DNA from: Chiloscyllium plagiosum
Lineage: Eukaryota
DNA: 59,626 nucleotides
Reading direction: 5' to 3'
Assembly (NCBI RefSeq): GCF_004010195.1
Contig: NC_057755.1
Location: forward strand, 9,589,306 to 9,648,931
The notes beneath the pieces were generated by a model. The model had not been told where the DNA came from. It was given only the letters and a program-made list of their open reading frames with translations, and made no database searches. Positions 35,791 through 48,646 of the stretch are shown one piece after another. A program made the translations under genes and the position numbers. Position 1 is the first letter of the stretch. Each line of letters opens with the position of its first letter.

Positions 35791-36553
35791 TTTTGTTTGT
35801 TTTTTATCAGTTCCCACAATATTCTGATATTGTTATTCAAAATCAAACGTCCAGTTTGGAGCCATTGTGTTCAAGTTTTATGTTAAATGAATCATTCATT
35901 TTGTGCTGAGTTAAGCATAAGAAAATGAGCACTGATTTGCCTGTCAGTCTCCATGTTATTATTATTTTAAAATTAAACATTTAATGACCATACTTAACTG
36001 ACAATAGGGCAGATAAGTGTCACCCTTACTACTGTAGGTCTGGATTGGTATGTAGGCCAGACCAGATTGGGATGGCAGTTTCCTTCCATGAACGATATTA
36101 GTGAAGCAGGTGGGTTTTTAAGACAATCGAGAATTGTTTCGTGGCTATCAATAGTCTCTTCAACCCACACTTTTTATTGAAGTGAAGTTCGACCATCTGA
36201 TGTGATTGGATTTGAATCTGGGTTCCACATTATTGCTTCTGTCTCTGCTTTATCTGTCCAGTAATAACACCTCGTGTCTATCATGAGTATTATGGATAGC
36301 TTCTAGCGTATGCTTTGATCGATGTAGTAGTTCAAACAAATTAATAGTGGATGCTGAAATCAAGCCAATCTTTCAGCCTTGCTATTCTGAGTATCCTAAG
36401 GTTATCACAGGATGGAGTTTCCAAAGCGCATATGCATTTTATTGAGAATGTCATTATACAGAAGACTGAGTAGCAATGTCATTGGATATTTTGGAAAAAA
36501 AAATTGTTTTCCAACTGACCCTGTTTTGTAACTTTTCTTCATTTGACTCACAG

Positions 36554-37467
36554 CGAACCTGGTGCCGATAATAATTCTCACAAGGGGAAACTGCGGCCTT
36601 TCTGATTGTACCTCTGCCTACATGCTGGCCATGGCAGCTGCAGCTCTTCTGATCATGATCGTGAATGTAACTGTGCATCATGTGTTCAGTTTTCATTTTA
36701 AACATTCCATCCTATCGTACACTGGAGTTTGTAAGTTTATCATCTTCATAAACTCAGCCAACCTGTACCTAGCAGTTTGGTTCACAGTCTTGTTCACATT
36801 TGATCGCTATGTAGCTATATGCTGTGAGAGGCTGAAAACAAAATATTGCATATTGAGGACTGGAGCTGCAGTAATAATGGTCACCACTGCTGTGGTTATC
36901 CTTGGAAATATACCCAATTTGTTTGCTTGTGAACCTGAGAAAATAATTGATAATTTACAGTGGGGTTGCCGCACTAAGATGAACTTCTTCACATCTCTCG
37001 CGGGTGTAGCATTCTCCTGGCTACAAAGTGTTTTGATTGTTTGTCTTCCATTTGCTTTCATTTTAATGTTTAATTTCGTGACAGTCAGACGCATTGTAGT
37101 AGCCAACAGAGGGCGCAGGGCAATCCGGGGATGCAGTAGTGAGAGTCAAAAAGATCCAGCTGTGCAGAGTCGAAGAAAATCCATTATTTTATTCTTTGCG
37201 ATATCGGGTAGTTTTATTCTTCTGTGGCTGACAGCAGCCACAAACTTTTTAGCAACAAGGATAGCAAACACTGCACGATATCAAGGTGATTATGCAGCTC
37301 CAGCCTACATTGCCACTGAAATAGGCTACATACCCATGTACTTCAATTCGTGTACAAATGTGTACATTTATGCAGCCGTACAAAGTAAATTCCGACAAGA
37401 GCTGAAGAAAGTGTTGACATCTTCATGGTCAAGTGTCATGCTATTGGTTAATCGAAAGGAAAAGTGA
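36554..37467 (+). CDS. GPR139/GPR142-like class A GPCR, exon 2 (spliced product about 325 aa)
   Basis: Acceptor ctcacag|CG AAC CTG; open frame with hydrophobic TM segments, RGNCGLS, FTFDRYVAIC, LPF, RRKSIILFFAISGSFILLW and NSCTNVYIY...SKFRQE; AATAAA at 37727-37732. Confidence 0.9.
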
Positions 37468-37999
37468 AGTGTATCATATTCTCTGTCTCCTTCTGTTCTC
37501 CTGTCTCAGAAAATGCTAATATAGAAACTAACACCTCTTAAATTCGATTTCCTCAATTCAAATCAAAATGTTTCGATATATAGTAAAGATCACTCTGTAT
37601 TTATGCTCTATTTGTCATGAGTAAGGCTATCTGCCTTTTTTGTGTCAAATAAAAATGGTAGAATTTTTTTCGCTGTTTGAACACGATCAAAATTATGTAA
37701 AACTCCAGGTGGAACATTATATTCACAATAAACAAAGGTCAATGTTCAAGGGGGAGACGCATGCATTTTATTATTTTTTTCCTGCAATCCTGCGTGGTCA
37801 TGGAATCGCCAAGTAAAGAATAAAAGATAAAATTGAAAGATTTCGCATGCCAGAATTGAAAGGTCAGCAGGTCATACTTGTGAAATTGTGGACCCATGCT
37901 TGGAGATAACCCTAAGAACTGGGAGATATCACGTGGTCAGCGTAAGCTACTATTCTTCGGGACCAATTTTTCATTTCATTAACTGTCCGGGAAAACCAA

Positions 38000-38445
38000 T
38001 AAGTCTACGCTTGGATTTTAGCCAGCCATGAATTGCCTGCTGTAGTTAAATAGAGACAAGCGAAAACTGGAGGAAAGATATCTCCTCTTCTGCCTCAGGA
38101 GCCTACAACCTCACGGCCTCAAATGTGAATTCACCAACTCCCAAATGCCCCTATCACTCACTCCATCTCAGACCGAAATTCAGCAGCAGTCCCTTGGGCT
38201 GACCCACCTATTTATCTCCATTCCCACTTATCCGTTCCACTGTTGTCACCGACCTATCGCACTCGCCTCCTACTTTTGACCACATTTCGTCATCCCACTT
38301 CCTTTCTCCTCTATCACTATTCAAGTCTTAACCACCTACCCCCTCCCCAGTCTTGGTGAACAGTTCTGCTCAAAACGTGGACTCTCTTGCTCCTCAGACG
38401 CTGCCTGAACTTCTGTTTTGCCAGCTGCACACTTTATCGACTTTT
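38000..38445 (+). mobile_element. Degenerate PLE 3' fragment
   Basis: Resembles 50040-50450 (aatgtgaattcacc; ctcctcagacgctgcctgaac). Confidence 0.55.
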
Positions 38446-38465
38446 CCTGTATTTAACCATTTCAG

Positions 38466-38800
38466 GGTGGAAAGGTGGCTCAGTGGTTAGCACTGCTGCC
38501 TCACAGTGCCAGGGACTTAGGTTCAATTCCCACTTCAAGCAACTGTCTTTGTGGCGATTGGACTTTCTCCCCGTAGCTGCGTTGGTTTCCTTCGGGAGCT
38601 CCGGTTTCCTCCCACAATCTAAAGATGTGATGATTAGGTGAATTGGCCATGCTAAATTGGCCGCGGTGTTAGCTACATTAGGTAGGGGTAAATGTAGGGG
38701 AATAAGTCTGGGTGGGTTGCTCTTCGGAGGATCGTTGTGGACGTGTTGTGCTGAAGGGCCTGTTTCCATATTGTAGGGAAGCTAATCTAGTCTAATCTTA
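38466..38800 (+). mobile_element. HE1-type V-SINE
   Basis: Aligns with 19186-19510. Confidence 0.88.
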
Positions 38801-38894
38801 CCCAATCAGTTGTATATTGTATGTCAATAGTAACTAAATGATTAGGTTCCTGGTTCATTGTTGTAGATTTGATTCTTAACCTCTTTGTATAGGT

Positions 38895-40550
38895 TAGAGT
38901 GGAGCTGGAAACGCACAGCAGGTCAGGCGGCATCTGAGGACCAGGAAAATTGGCAAAAGCTCTTCATCAAGAATGAGGCAGGGAGCCTCTGGCGTGGAGC
39001 GATAAATGGGAGTCGGTTGGGCGGGGGAGAAGATAACTAAGTATACAACAGGAGATTGGAGGTGGGGATGAAGATGATAGGTCAGAGAGGAGGGTGGAGC
39101 GGCTAGGTGAGAAGCAATATTGACAGGTAGGACAGGACATGCGGATGGTGCTGGGCTGGCAGGTTGGAATTGCGTTAAGGTTGGGGGCGGTGAAATGAGA
39201 AAACTGGTGAAGTCGACGTTAACGCCCTGGGGTTGAAGTGTTCCGAGGGGGAAAATGAGGCATTCTTCCTCAAGGCGTTGGGTGGTGAGGGTGTGGCGGT
39301 GGTGGACGCCCAGGACCTGCATGTCCTTGACAGGTTGGTGAGGGAGTTGAAATGATCTACCACGGGCTTGTGTGGTTGATTGATGTGGCTGTCCCAAAGA
39401 TGTTCCCTGAGAAGGCATCCAGTCACCCTAATATAAAGGAGACCGCATCATAGGAGCGGATACAATAAATGACATTGGTGGGTATAGAGGTTATACTTTG
39501 ATGGATTCTGGAAGGCTCCTTTGTGGCCTTGGATTGACGTGGGGGGAGGTGAGGGTGCAGGTTTTGCAATTCCTGTGGTCGCAGGGGAAGCTGCCAGGAG
39601 GGGAGGGTGGGTTGATAGGGGGCGTGGACCTGACCAGGTGGCCACGATAAGGAACGGTTTTTGCGGAAAGTGGATGGGGTAGTGATGGAAATATAAACCT
39701 GGTGGTGAGTCCATTTGTAGGGGAAGGAATGACGGTGGATGATACAGATGAGGAGTTTGGTAGAGTGGAAGATGAGAACCAGGGTGTTCTGTCCTTGTTG
39801 CGGTTGGAGGGGTAGGATTTGAGGGCAGAGGTGCGGGGCATGGATGAGAGGCCATCTTAAACAACGTGTGAAGGGAAATTACATTCATGAAAGAAGAAGG
39901 CTATCTGGTCTTTTCTATGATGGAACTGGTCCTCCTGGGATCAGATATAGCGGAGGCTAAGGAATTGGTACACGGGATGGCATTTATGCATGAGGTAGGG
40001 TGGGAAGAGTAGTAATCCAGGTAGCTGTGGGAGTCGGTGGGTTTGCAAAAATTGTCAGCGTTAAGTTGGTCGTCATTGATGGAAATGGGGAGGTCCAGAA
40101 AGGGGAGAGAGGTATCAGAGATGGTCCAGGTGAATTTAAGGTCGGGGTAGGATGCGTTGCTGAAGTTGATGAACTGCTCAACGACTTCATGGGACCACAA
40201 GGTGACGTCAATGCAGTCATCAATGTAGCAGTGGAAGAGGTGTGGAGTAGTGCCGTTGTAACTACAGAAGATGGATGTTCTACAATGCAAAGATAGAGAC
40301 AGGCATAGCTAGGGCCCAACCGGTGCCCATGGCTATCACTTTCTTCAGGAGGAAGTGGGAGGATTCGAAGGAATTTTTTTTAAGGTTGAGGACTACTTCA
40401 GCCAAACGAATGAGAATGCCAGTGGAAGGGTACAGGTAGGGACATCGAGAGAGGAAGAAATAGAGGGCTTGGTGGCCCTGGTCATGGTGGCTGGAGGTGC
40501 AGAGGGATTGAATGCCCATGGTAAAGATGAGGCGTTCGAGGTCGGGTAAT
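38895..40550 (-). mobile_element. 5'-truncated Penelope-like element (RT, GIY-YIG, terminal repeat)
   Basis: HLFHCYIDDCI...KFTWTIS...KPTDSHSYLDY, PCDHRNCKTC and LREHLWD. Confidence 0.9.
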
Positions 40551-42540
40551 TCCCTCCCAGCAACTCTGTTGTCCTTAATGAACTTGCAGAGTTCTTTTGG
40601 GTTATCCTTACCCCTATCTGATAAAGCTGATTTACGTCTGCTTTTTGCCTCCTGATTTCCCTCTTGAATGTCTTGCAACAGCCCGCAACACTTGCATGGA
40701 TTCAGTTGATCCCCTGTTATATATATTTGGCATATCCTAACTTCTTTTCTTAACCAGAGCCTCAGATTATCTGGTCATGCAGAGGTACCATTGATACTAG
40801 ACTTGCCATTCACACTAACAAGAGCAGACTGTCTCAGGCCTCTCGTTATCTCATTCTTGAAATCTTCCTAGGTTGCAGCTGCCCCTTCTGAAGCCTCAAC
40901 ACGACCGGTGCTTCTACCTACCTTTGTGCCACTGGTAAATTTAGTTGCGACGCTTTCCATTCCTTCATTCAGATCACTCATATATAAAGTGAATAGTTGC
41001 ATTTCCAATACTCAGCCCCGTCTAACGCCAATAATCACCAACTGTCATCGTTAGAATGACTCCTTTATTCCCACTCTGTATTCTGTCAGTCAGCCAGTTC
41101 TCTATCATGCCAATACCTTGTTCCTAACACCATGGAATCGCACTCGATTTACCAGCCTGTTGTGGAGGACAATATCAAATGTCTTGCCGAAATGCAAATG
41201 GTAACGTCAACTGGCTCTCCTTTGTCTAAAGTGCCCATTATATTCTCAAATCTTTCAGACAGATTTGTCGGGCTTGACTTTCCATTGATGAAACCATTCT
41301 GCCTCAGCCCGGTTTTAATATATATTTCCAAGTAGTCTGCAAACCCATCCTTACTAATGGACTCGAAAATCTGAAGGACGACTGAGGTATGAGGAGATGA
41401 CTTGTACTCTCCTGTATTTCTCCTGCATCATTTCTTATCAGGAGTTATAAAAGAGCCATTTTCCAATCTTCCAGGACACTTCCTCAGTCCAGTGATTCCT
41501 GAAAGATCGCTGCCAAAGCACCTGTGATCTCCTCAGGTAACTCCTTCAGAACTGTGGAAAATAATCCCTCTGGTTCGGGTGATTAATGACTTTCGGACTT
41601 CTCAGCTTCCCTAACATCTTCCTTTTCTTGATGGGCATCATATTCACCTCTGCCTCTGACTCTCTTGAGCTTCTAGTTTTCTGCCGGTGCTTTCACCATG
41701 AAAAATTGCCCATTCATTTCGTCTGAAAATACTTTTTTACCATGGCTTCTTCTCCAGCCTCTATTTTTTAGTGGTCAAATGTCCACTCTTGCATCTCTCT
41801 AACATTTACACATCTGAAAAGCTTTTGCAATTTTCACCTATATTATGGTCACCGATCCAACATAGTTCCCTTACTTTCACCTGCCTAATCAATCAACCTC
41901 ATAACGCTACAGTTATTACAGAGCCACCTGCTTCCTCTTCGTCTCTATCACAAGAAGATCCAGGAAAAAAAAACATATTGTGTTCAAGTAATGTGGCTAA
42001 TTTGATTTTTTGAAGTCCATCTGCATATTTAGATTACCCATGCTTTTTGAAATAATGCCTTTCCAACAAATCTTTTCCATCGTTTGATTGATTTTCTGCC
42101 TATTAACCTGACAACTGCAAGGAGGCCCACATTCAAATCGCATGAGAGCACTCTGCTTTGCGATTTTTTAACTCTATCTACTCAGATTCTACATCTGTCG
42201 ACTCCATATCAATTCTTGCTATTGATCAGACTTCATTACTTACTGGCAAGGCAACTCTATCCTCTCTGTCTTTCCTTGTGATAGGACGTGTATCCTTGGA
42301 TATTAAGTCCCCATCACTCCATTCCTGACAAATTCAATCTGTGCAAAAAGCTAATGTTCCTTTATTTGTGTACTGAATACATTTAAGTTCAATACGCTAT
42401 TACCCCCTTCTCATCCTTGTCGCCTTATCTGGCGTGCTAAAGTGAAATTCCTATTCCTTTCGATGCTCACTGTTCTCTTACTGGTAAAGAAATTAGAATA
42501 AAGTCTTCTGAGCCGTCACCCTTTAATTAGTTCGAAGTCC
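40550..42540 (-). mobile_element. Degenerate CR1 fragments
   Basis: RQNGFINGKSSPTNL...DKGEPVDV (41149-41331) and KDNPKELCKFIK. Confidence 0.65.
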
Positions 42541-43594
42541 TTCTAATGTCAATTTGCACCATACATTCGTCTAAGTTGTTCTGAAAGCTTCATGCAAATT
42601 ATTCAAAGACTGCATGCATTAAGATGAGAAAGTTTCTCTCAATATGAATATATTGTTTTCAAACATAGACTTTTTTTTCTCTCGAAATGTTGATGCTGTT
42701 GACAAGGGCTGCGTTATAGAAGAACAGCAGTTCAGGTTGCATTCAACGAGTAGGAGATTCAAAGATTCGGGCATAAGCTCTTTATCAGTTGCGTGTCAGA
42801 ACTCTTTCGATCAGTACATAAATATTGTTGTATGTTTTGTCCATATGTAAATATAGTGATGAACTGGAGATGATTGTATTCATATCTAAATATTTTATTT
42901 GGACCATCAGTGTCTATATATAAACATTGTATGCTGTACCAGCTTTTCCTAAATAAGCAGACTACAAATGAGTACAGTACTCCACATGGGGTCTCGCCAG
43001 CATCTCGTACATTTGCAGGCAAACTTCGTAAGCTTGAATACAGACTGCCTTCGAGATGACGGCCGACATTCCATTAGCCTTACCATTTTGTGCTCCGCCT
43101 GTGTGCTAGCTTCCTGTGTTGTATGCGCATTTGCGTTCTTTCCTTATTTAAATATTACACTTTTCTTTTGTTCACAATATATCTCTTCATATTCTATTTG
43201 ATGACATTTTGTGGACTTAAATAACCTTTCAATGCCTGTGTCTAAACTGCTTGTCTCCTTCTCACAACTTCTGCTGCCACTTACTTTTGTGTCAACTGCA
43301 AATCTAGCTCCTGCACATTCACTTCGAATCTCTACTTGTTCAGATATAGAGTATTGCATATTATACATTCATGTGTGTTACTACAAATATATATGCATAT
43401 AATTGCTATCTACATTGTTGTATTTTGGAGCACTTGAAGTCCGATGTATAAATAATGCTGTTTATTTGAACTCCTCATATTTACAATCGGGTATTCAGGC
43501 TTTTCACATTTATATATAAACATTACTGTGCTTTGGAATTGGGCTTAGTTTTGCATAAATATTGTTCTGTACTGGCACTGCTCGTGATTATATA

Positions 43595-44085
43595 ACATAG
43601 TACATAGAACACAGAATAATACAGCGCAGTACAGGCCCTTCGAAATTTGATGATTCACTGACCTACAAAACGGGCCCATTTAACTTACAATAATCCATAT
43701 TATATTTATCCAATATACATTTAAATACCTCTAAAGGTGACAAGTCCATGACCGTTGCAGGCAGGGCATTCCACACTTTTACAACTCATTGTGTACAGAA
43801 CGTTCTTCAGACATCTATCCTGCATCTATCACCCCTCAGCTGAAAGCTATGCCCAGTCGTGCTAGTCATTACCATCCAAAGAAAAAAAGGCTATCATTGT
43901 TCACCCGTAAGAATCCTCGAAACGTTTTGTTTGTCTCCATTAAGTCACCTCTTAATCTTCTTCTCTCCAACCAAAGCAGCCTCAAGTCCCTCAGTCATAC
44001 CTCATAAGACCTTCCCTCCATTCCAGGTAACATCTTGGTAAATCTCCTCTGAACACTTTCCGAAGTTGCTGTGTTCTTTCTCTAA
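43595..44085 (-). mobile_element. CR1 3' end
   Basis: acatagaac tail and tacaggcccttcg; same family as 7910-8378. Confidence 0.7.
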
Positions 44086-44089
44086 TGAG

Positions 44090-45380
44090 GTCGACCCATT
44101 GTCTCAGCTTGCTCCTACCCCACCGAACTCATTTCAGTACGTTGATACTGGCCTACACGCCCGAGTCCAGGATCTTTACACATACATTCGAGATACCACC
44201 CATGCTCTCAAATTCCCGGGCCCCTAACGCCTCATATTAACCATGGAAATCCAATCACTCTACACCTCCATCCACCGTTCCCCGGGTCTCCAAGCACTCC
44301 CTTCCTTCCTCTCCCGACGTCCAGACCAGTACCCTTCCACTGACACTCTAATTCGTTTGGCTGAACTGGCTCTCACCCTGACCAATATCTCCTTCTAATC
44401 CTCCCAATTCCTCCAGATGAAAGGGGTAGCCTTGGGCACCCACATGGGCCCCAGCTATATCTGTCTCTTTATTGACTATATCGAACAATCCACCTTCCTT
44501 AGTTATACCGGCACCACTCTCAAGCTCTTCTTCTGCTACATTGATGACTGCATCGGCGCCACCTCATACATCCGCGAGGAGGTTGAGCAGTTCATCAACT
44601 TCACCAACAGATTCCATCCCGACCTTAAATTCACCTTGACCACCTCTGAGAAATCCATCCCCTTCCTGGATCTCTCCATCTGCATCAATGATAACCGACT
44701 TGACACTGACATTTTTTGCAAACCCACCGACTCCCATACCTCTCTGGATTCACCTCATCTCACCCTACTTCCTTCAAAAATGCTATCCCGTATTCCCAAT
44801 TGCGCCGCATCCGCCGTATCTGCTCCCAGCAGGACTAGTTTCACCACAGAACACACCTGATGGCATCCTAATTTAAAGAACGTAATTTCCCCATCCCACG
44901 TGGTTGAAGATGCCCTCCAGCGCTGCTCATCCATGACCTGCACCTGCGCCCTCAAAATCCACCCCTCCAACTGCCACAAGGTCACAATGCCCCTGGTCAA
45001 TGTGGACTTCACCAGTTTCCTCATTTCCCCTCCCCCCCCCCCCCACTTTACCTCAGTTCCACCCTGCCAGCTCAACACCATTCTACTGATATGTCCTACC
45101 TGCCAATCTTCCTTCCCACCTATCCGCTTCACCCTCCTCTCCGACCTATCCCCTCCATACCCAACTCCATCCACGTATTTAACTCTTGGCTACCTTCTCA
45201 CCAGCCACAACCCACTCCCGTTTATCTCTCCACCCCGGAAACTCTCTCCCTCATTCCTGATGAAGGACTTTTGCCCAAAATGTCGATTTCCCTGATCCCC
45301 GGATGCTTCCTGACCAGCAGTGGCTTTCCACAGTAATCGACACTCTGATCTCCAGCATCTACTGTCCTCACTTTCACTGT
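44090..45380 (+). mobile_element. Internally deleted Penelope-like element
   Basis: GVALGTHMGPSY...CYIDDCIG...KPTDSH (44417-44860); terminal repeat with mutated hammerhead ctgatgaaggacttttgcccaaaatgtc at about 45258-45285. Confidence 0.88.
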
Positions 45381-45499
45381 CTTGTCCACTTTCTCACTTT
45401 CTGCCAAGCCAATAATTATTGTCGACGCTGATAACTGAGAAATGAGTGACATTGACTGGAAATTGACTGGCTTGAGTGACAGCGAGTGTACTGGTTCTA

Positions 45500-46260
45500 T
45501 TTCCATGATGAATGGCGCAGTTAGCGAGAGGGTGATACTGAAGAGCAGACCGAGTCGTCAGTGAAGCCCAGAGTCTCGAATCTCAAGTTTACACAGCATT
45601 GACTTCTTGTGAATCTGTTTTCAGAGATCACGGATCTTCCGAATTCACCTGTTGATGGAAAGAAACGTGCTCATGTTGCTGAATTATATGGACATACAGG
45701 GATAAAATTTCTGTTTTAAGGGAAATCACAAATAATATAGTCCAAATATCCGAAAACTCATAGCAATTTCCATTCCAAGCACTGTAGCAGTGTTGTTTTA
45801 GCTGTGGAAGGAATATTTTGTGATAAATGGATGCTGTTGCTGGACTGTAGGATGTGAGACAATAGGATTATTGCACGAAAGACCTTCCACATTACACTAC
45901 CTTCAATAGAAAGAATTGTGAATTTTGTGGAATTGCTCATATTACCAAGATAGAGAAAGTTGTACAATGGGACGAACTTATACAAAACAAGGGGATTTGT
46001 AAATTTGGTGCAGATTATAGAAGATGAGACTTTTTTATTTTAGGTAGCTGGATTGGTTTACAAAGATCAGACATTTTGTATACTTTGGAATTTTTGAATT
46101 TATGTTACACAGAATGTATGAATTTTAGCGTTTGGTGGAGTTTTGTGAGACAGGGAAGTTTAATCAATTGCTGAAACAATAGAAATAAAACTGGTGTGTT
46201 ATGGATAGACACGCTGCTCAAAATAAATCACGGAGGTCATTCGTAAACTTTATCTTCTTT
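45500..46260 (+). repeat. Second copy of the intergenic block at 27600-28330
   Basis: See the entry for 27600-28330. Confidence 0.6.
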
Positions 46261-48646
46261 AAAAGCAAGTGTAAGGTTTGGTTTCCAGCTGTGATTTGAT
46301 TGTTCAAATTATGAAGCAACAGACAGTTTATTTTTAAAACAAAGTCTGAAAAAACAACAAAGATAAAATAACTTGCATAATTGTATCTCTGCAGAAATGC
46401 TGAACAAAGTGCTTTTTAAAAAAAAGATAGCACATGAATTGTTCCAATATTGCATTTCTCATATGCTCATCCTTGGCAATAGCAAATTCAACTTAAAAAG
46501 ACTGACTTCATTTGCTTTCTCCTCCAGTTGAGCAGAAGAACCATGTACAGAATGAAATTAGCAGCTGATAAAGGACTCAATTTTTTACACTAACAGAGAG
46601 ATAGAGATAGAAAGAGTGTGAGTTTTCGCGAGCAACTTTAACTGCAAAAAATACCACTTCAGGAACTGAACATTAAATTGAAATGTTGGTTCTCTGCGAG
46701 CTTATCTCCAGCTTGTCATCTTTGTTTGACAATTTTATTTTAAATAGACAAACCTTTCCATGTTGCAAAATCTCAATTCCAAGTTTGCAATATACCTTTT
46801 CAAGACGAGCTGGACAGTGAAAAACCCTCTTAACTGAATATCTCATCACAGGTGTTTGGACCAGAAACGAGTACAGAATTAGAGAAAATTATAGGAGAGA
46901 AAGGATGGGCAAAATACAAAGATGGTAAATGCTTATCGAGAGATTTTAAAAATGGATGACCGTTTCAATAAGGAAAGGTTCCATTATAGAAACTAAAGGG
47001 TACAGTGATCATATTGGAATTTGTTGAATGTGGTGATGTTTATCTCAGTTGGCTAATGGCAGCGTTAAAATGCAGAGTGACGCTAATCATGTAGTTACAT
47101 TTTCCTTGCCAGCTGAGGTTATCTTTTACCTTTGCACCCTCTCACCTGTCTATTTCATTGTGATCATGATGAGAAACGTCACACGAGTTGCCTCTCTGTG
47201 ATGACTGATTGCTCCTGTGGTACGTTAGCGCCATTGGTATAAAATTGTAGAACACATAATTATTCACCAAATGGTTCCAGCAGCAAATTAGATAAGAAGG
47301 CCGATCAACATTAAATGATACATTAGATACAATTTGTTCAAGCAGCATGCGAACATTTACTTATGAAGCGGATTAATGGGCTGAATAGTTCAATGCATCA
47401 GACAGGAATAAAACGCATTGTCACCTATTTGCATTTTTTCATGATCACTCCCCATTCATTCGGTAATCAGGAAACACAGAGTAAGTTCTGAATATGCAGA
47501 CTGACCTTCGTGCATATGATTAGTTCGCATCCTCCACAAAGAAATATTCATGTCTGAGCGGATTTTCAATCCCAATATTTATTTAGTGCTACACACACAG
47601 CGCATTATGTCTTCATCCACGATTAACATAAAATACAGGTACATCTAGCATCACCCAGTAACCAAGGAAAACATGTTGATCATCTTCACCAAGTTTAAAA
47701 ATAACAAATAAAACACTCTACCCATGTACCACACAGCCCCATCGCCACAACCCACATGAAATGCCATGGCATTGATGTGCACTCATCACCAAATTCATCA
47801 GGTGATGTCCTCTAGTCCTCGGCTTTCCCGCAAGGGGAAACAATCTTCCCACGACTAAAATAAAACAAGGAAATTCCGATTCTAGAGGTCTGAAACTTTT
47901 AAATACCAGAAGTGCTGAACAAACTCAGCGAGTCCAACAGCACAAGTGCAAGAAAATAGAACTACCGGTTTGAGTTCAGCGAACCCTTTTCAGAATTTCT
48001 GCAGTAATTTTTCCATATCTACCCAATCCCAATCAATTTCATGAGAAATCTTCTAGGTTTCGGTCAGGTTTACCTTAACATCTCCGTTACCAAGACCATT
48101 CAGGTTCTTGTTCCTGAACACTCAGCAAGATCTCATCCTTCTTTAAATCTCCAAAGTGAAAAAAAGCCTTGCCTGTAAAACCCATGTGTGAATTCGTTTA
48201 GCTCAGTTGGTTGCTTTGCAATACTGAGTGAAGTAAGCAGTGTGGGATTACCTTCACCACCATGTAATGTTCCATGAAGGATTTTTTGTACCAACCTCTC
48301 ACATTGCCTGAAGTATTGTAATCCTCAGGTAAAACTATGAACAGTCATCTTTCTCTAATTCGTGAGCAATGCCCTGGTGTATCGCCATTTTACCTGAAAA
48401 TAAAACAAATCAAAGAAGTACCAACCTTGCGTATTACTTCGGAAATGCAGTATCATATTGAATTGTCAGTGTAGCGCATTTTGTTTGGCAAACATAGAAC
48501 GAAGAAAATGCACTCGGAAACGTCTGTATGTGATTACGTGTGTGAAGAACTAAAACGAGGAGACTTCTATTGTACCATCAAATGCTATTGAATTTCGTTA
48601 TTTGGAAGCTTATTCAGAGTTTGTCTAAACTCAGTATGTACCAGAT

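Noticed and set aside
43030..43065. Possible third CTCF-like motif (gtcatctcgaaggcag on the minus strand)
   Set aside because: Too many mismatches, and the flanks could not be aligned convincingly to the 11.8-12.9 kb arms.
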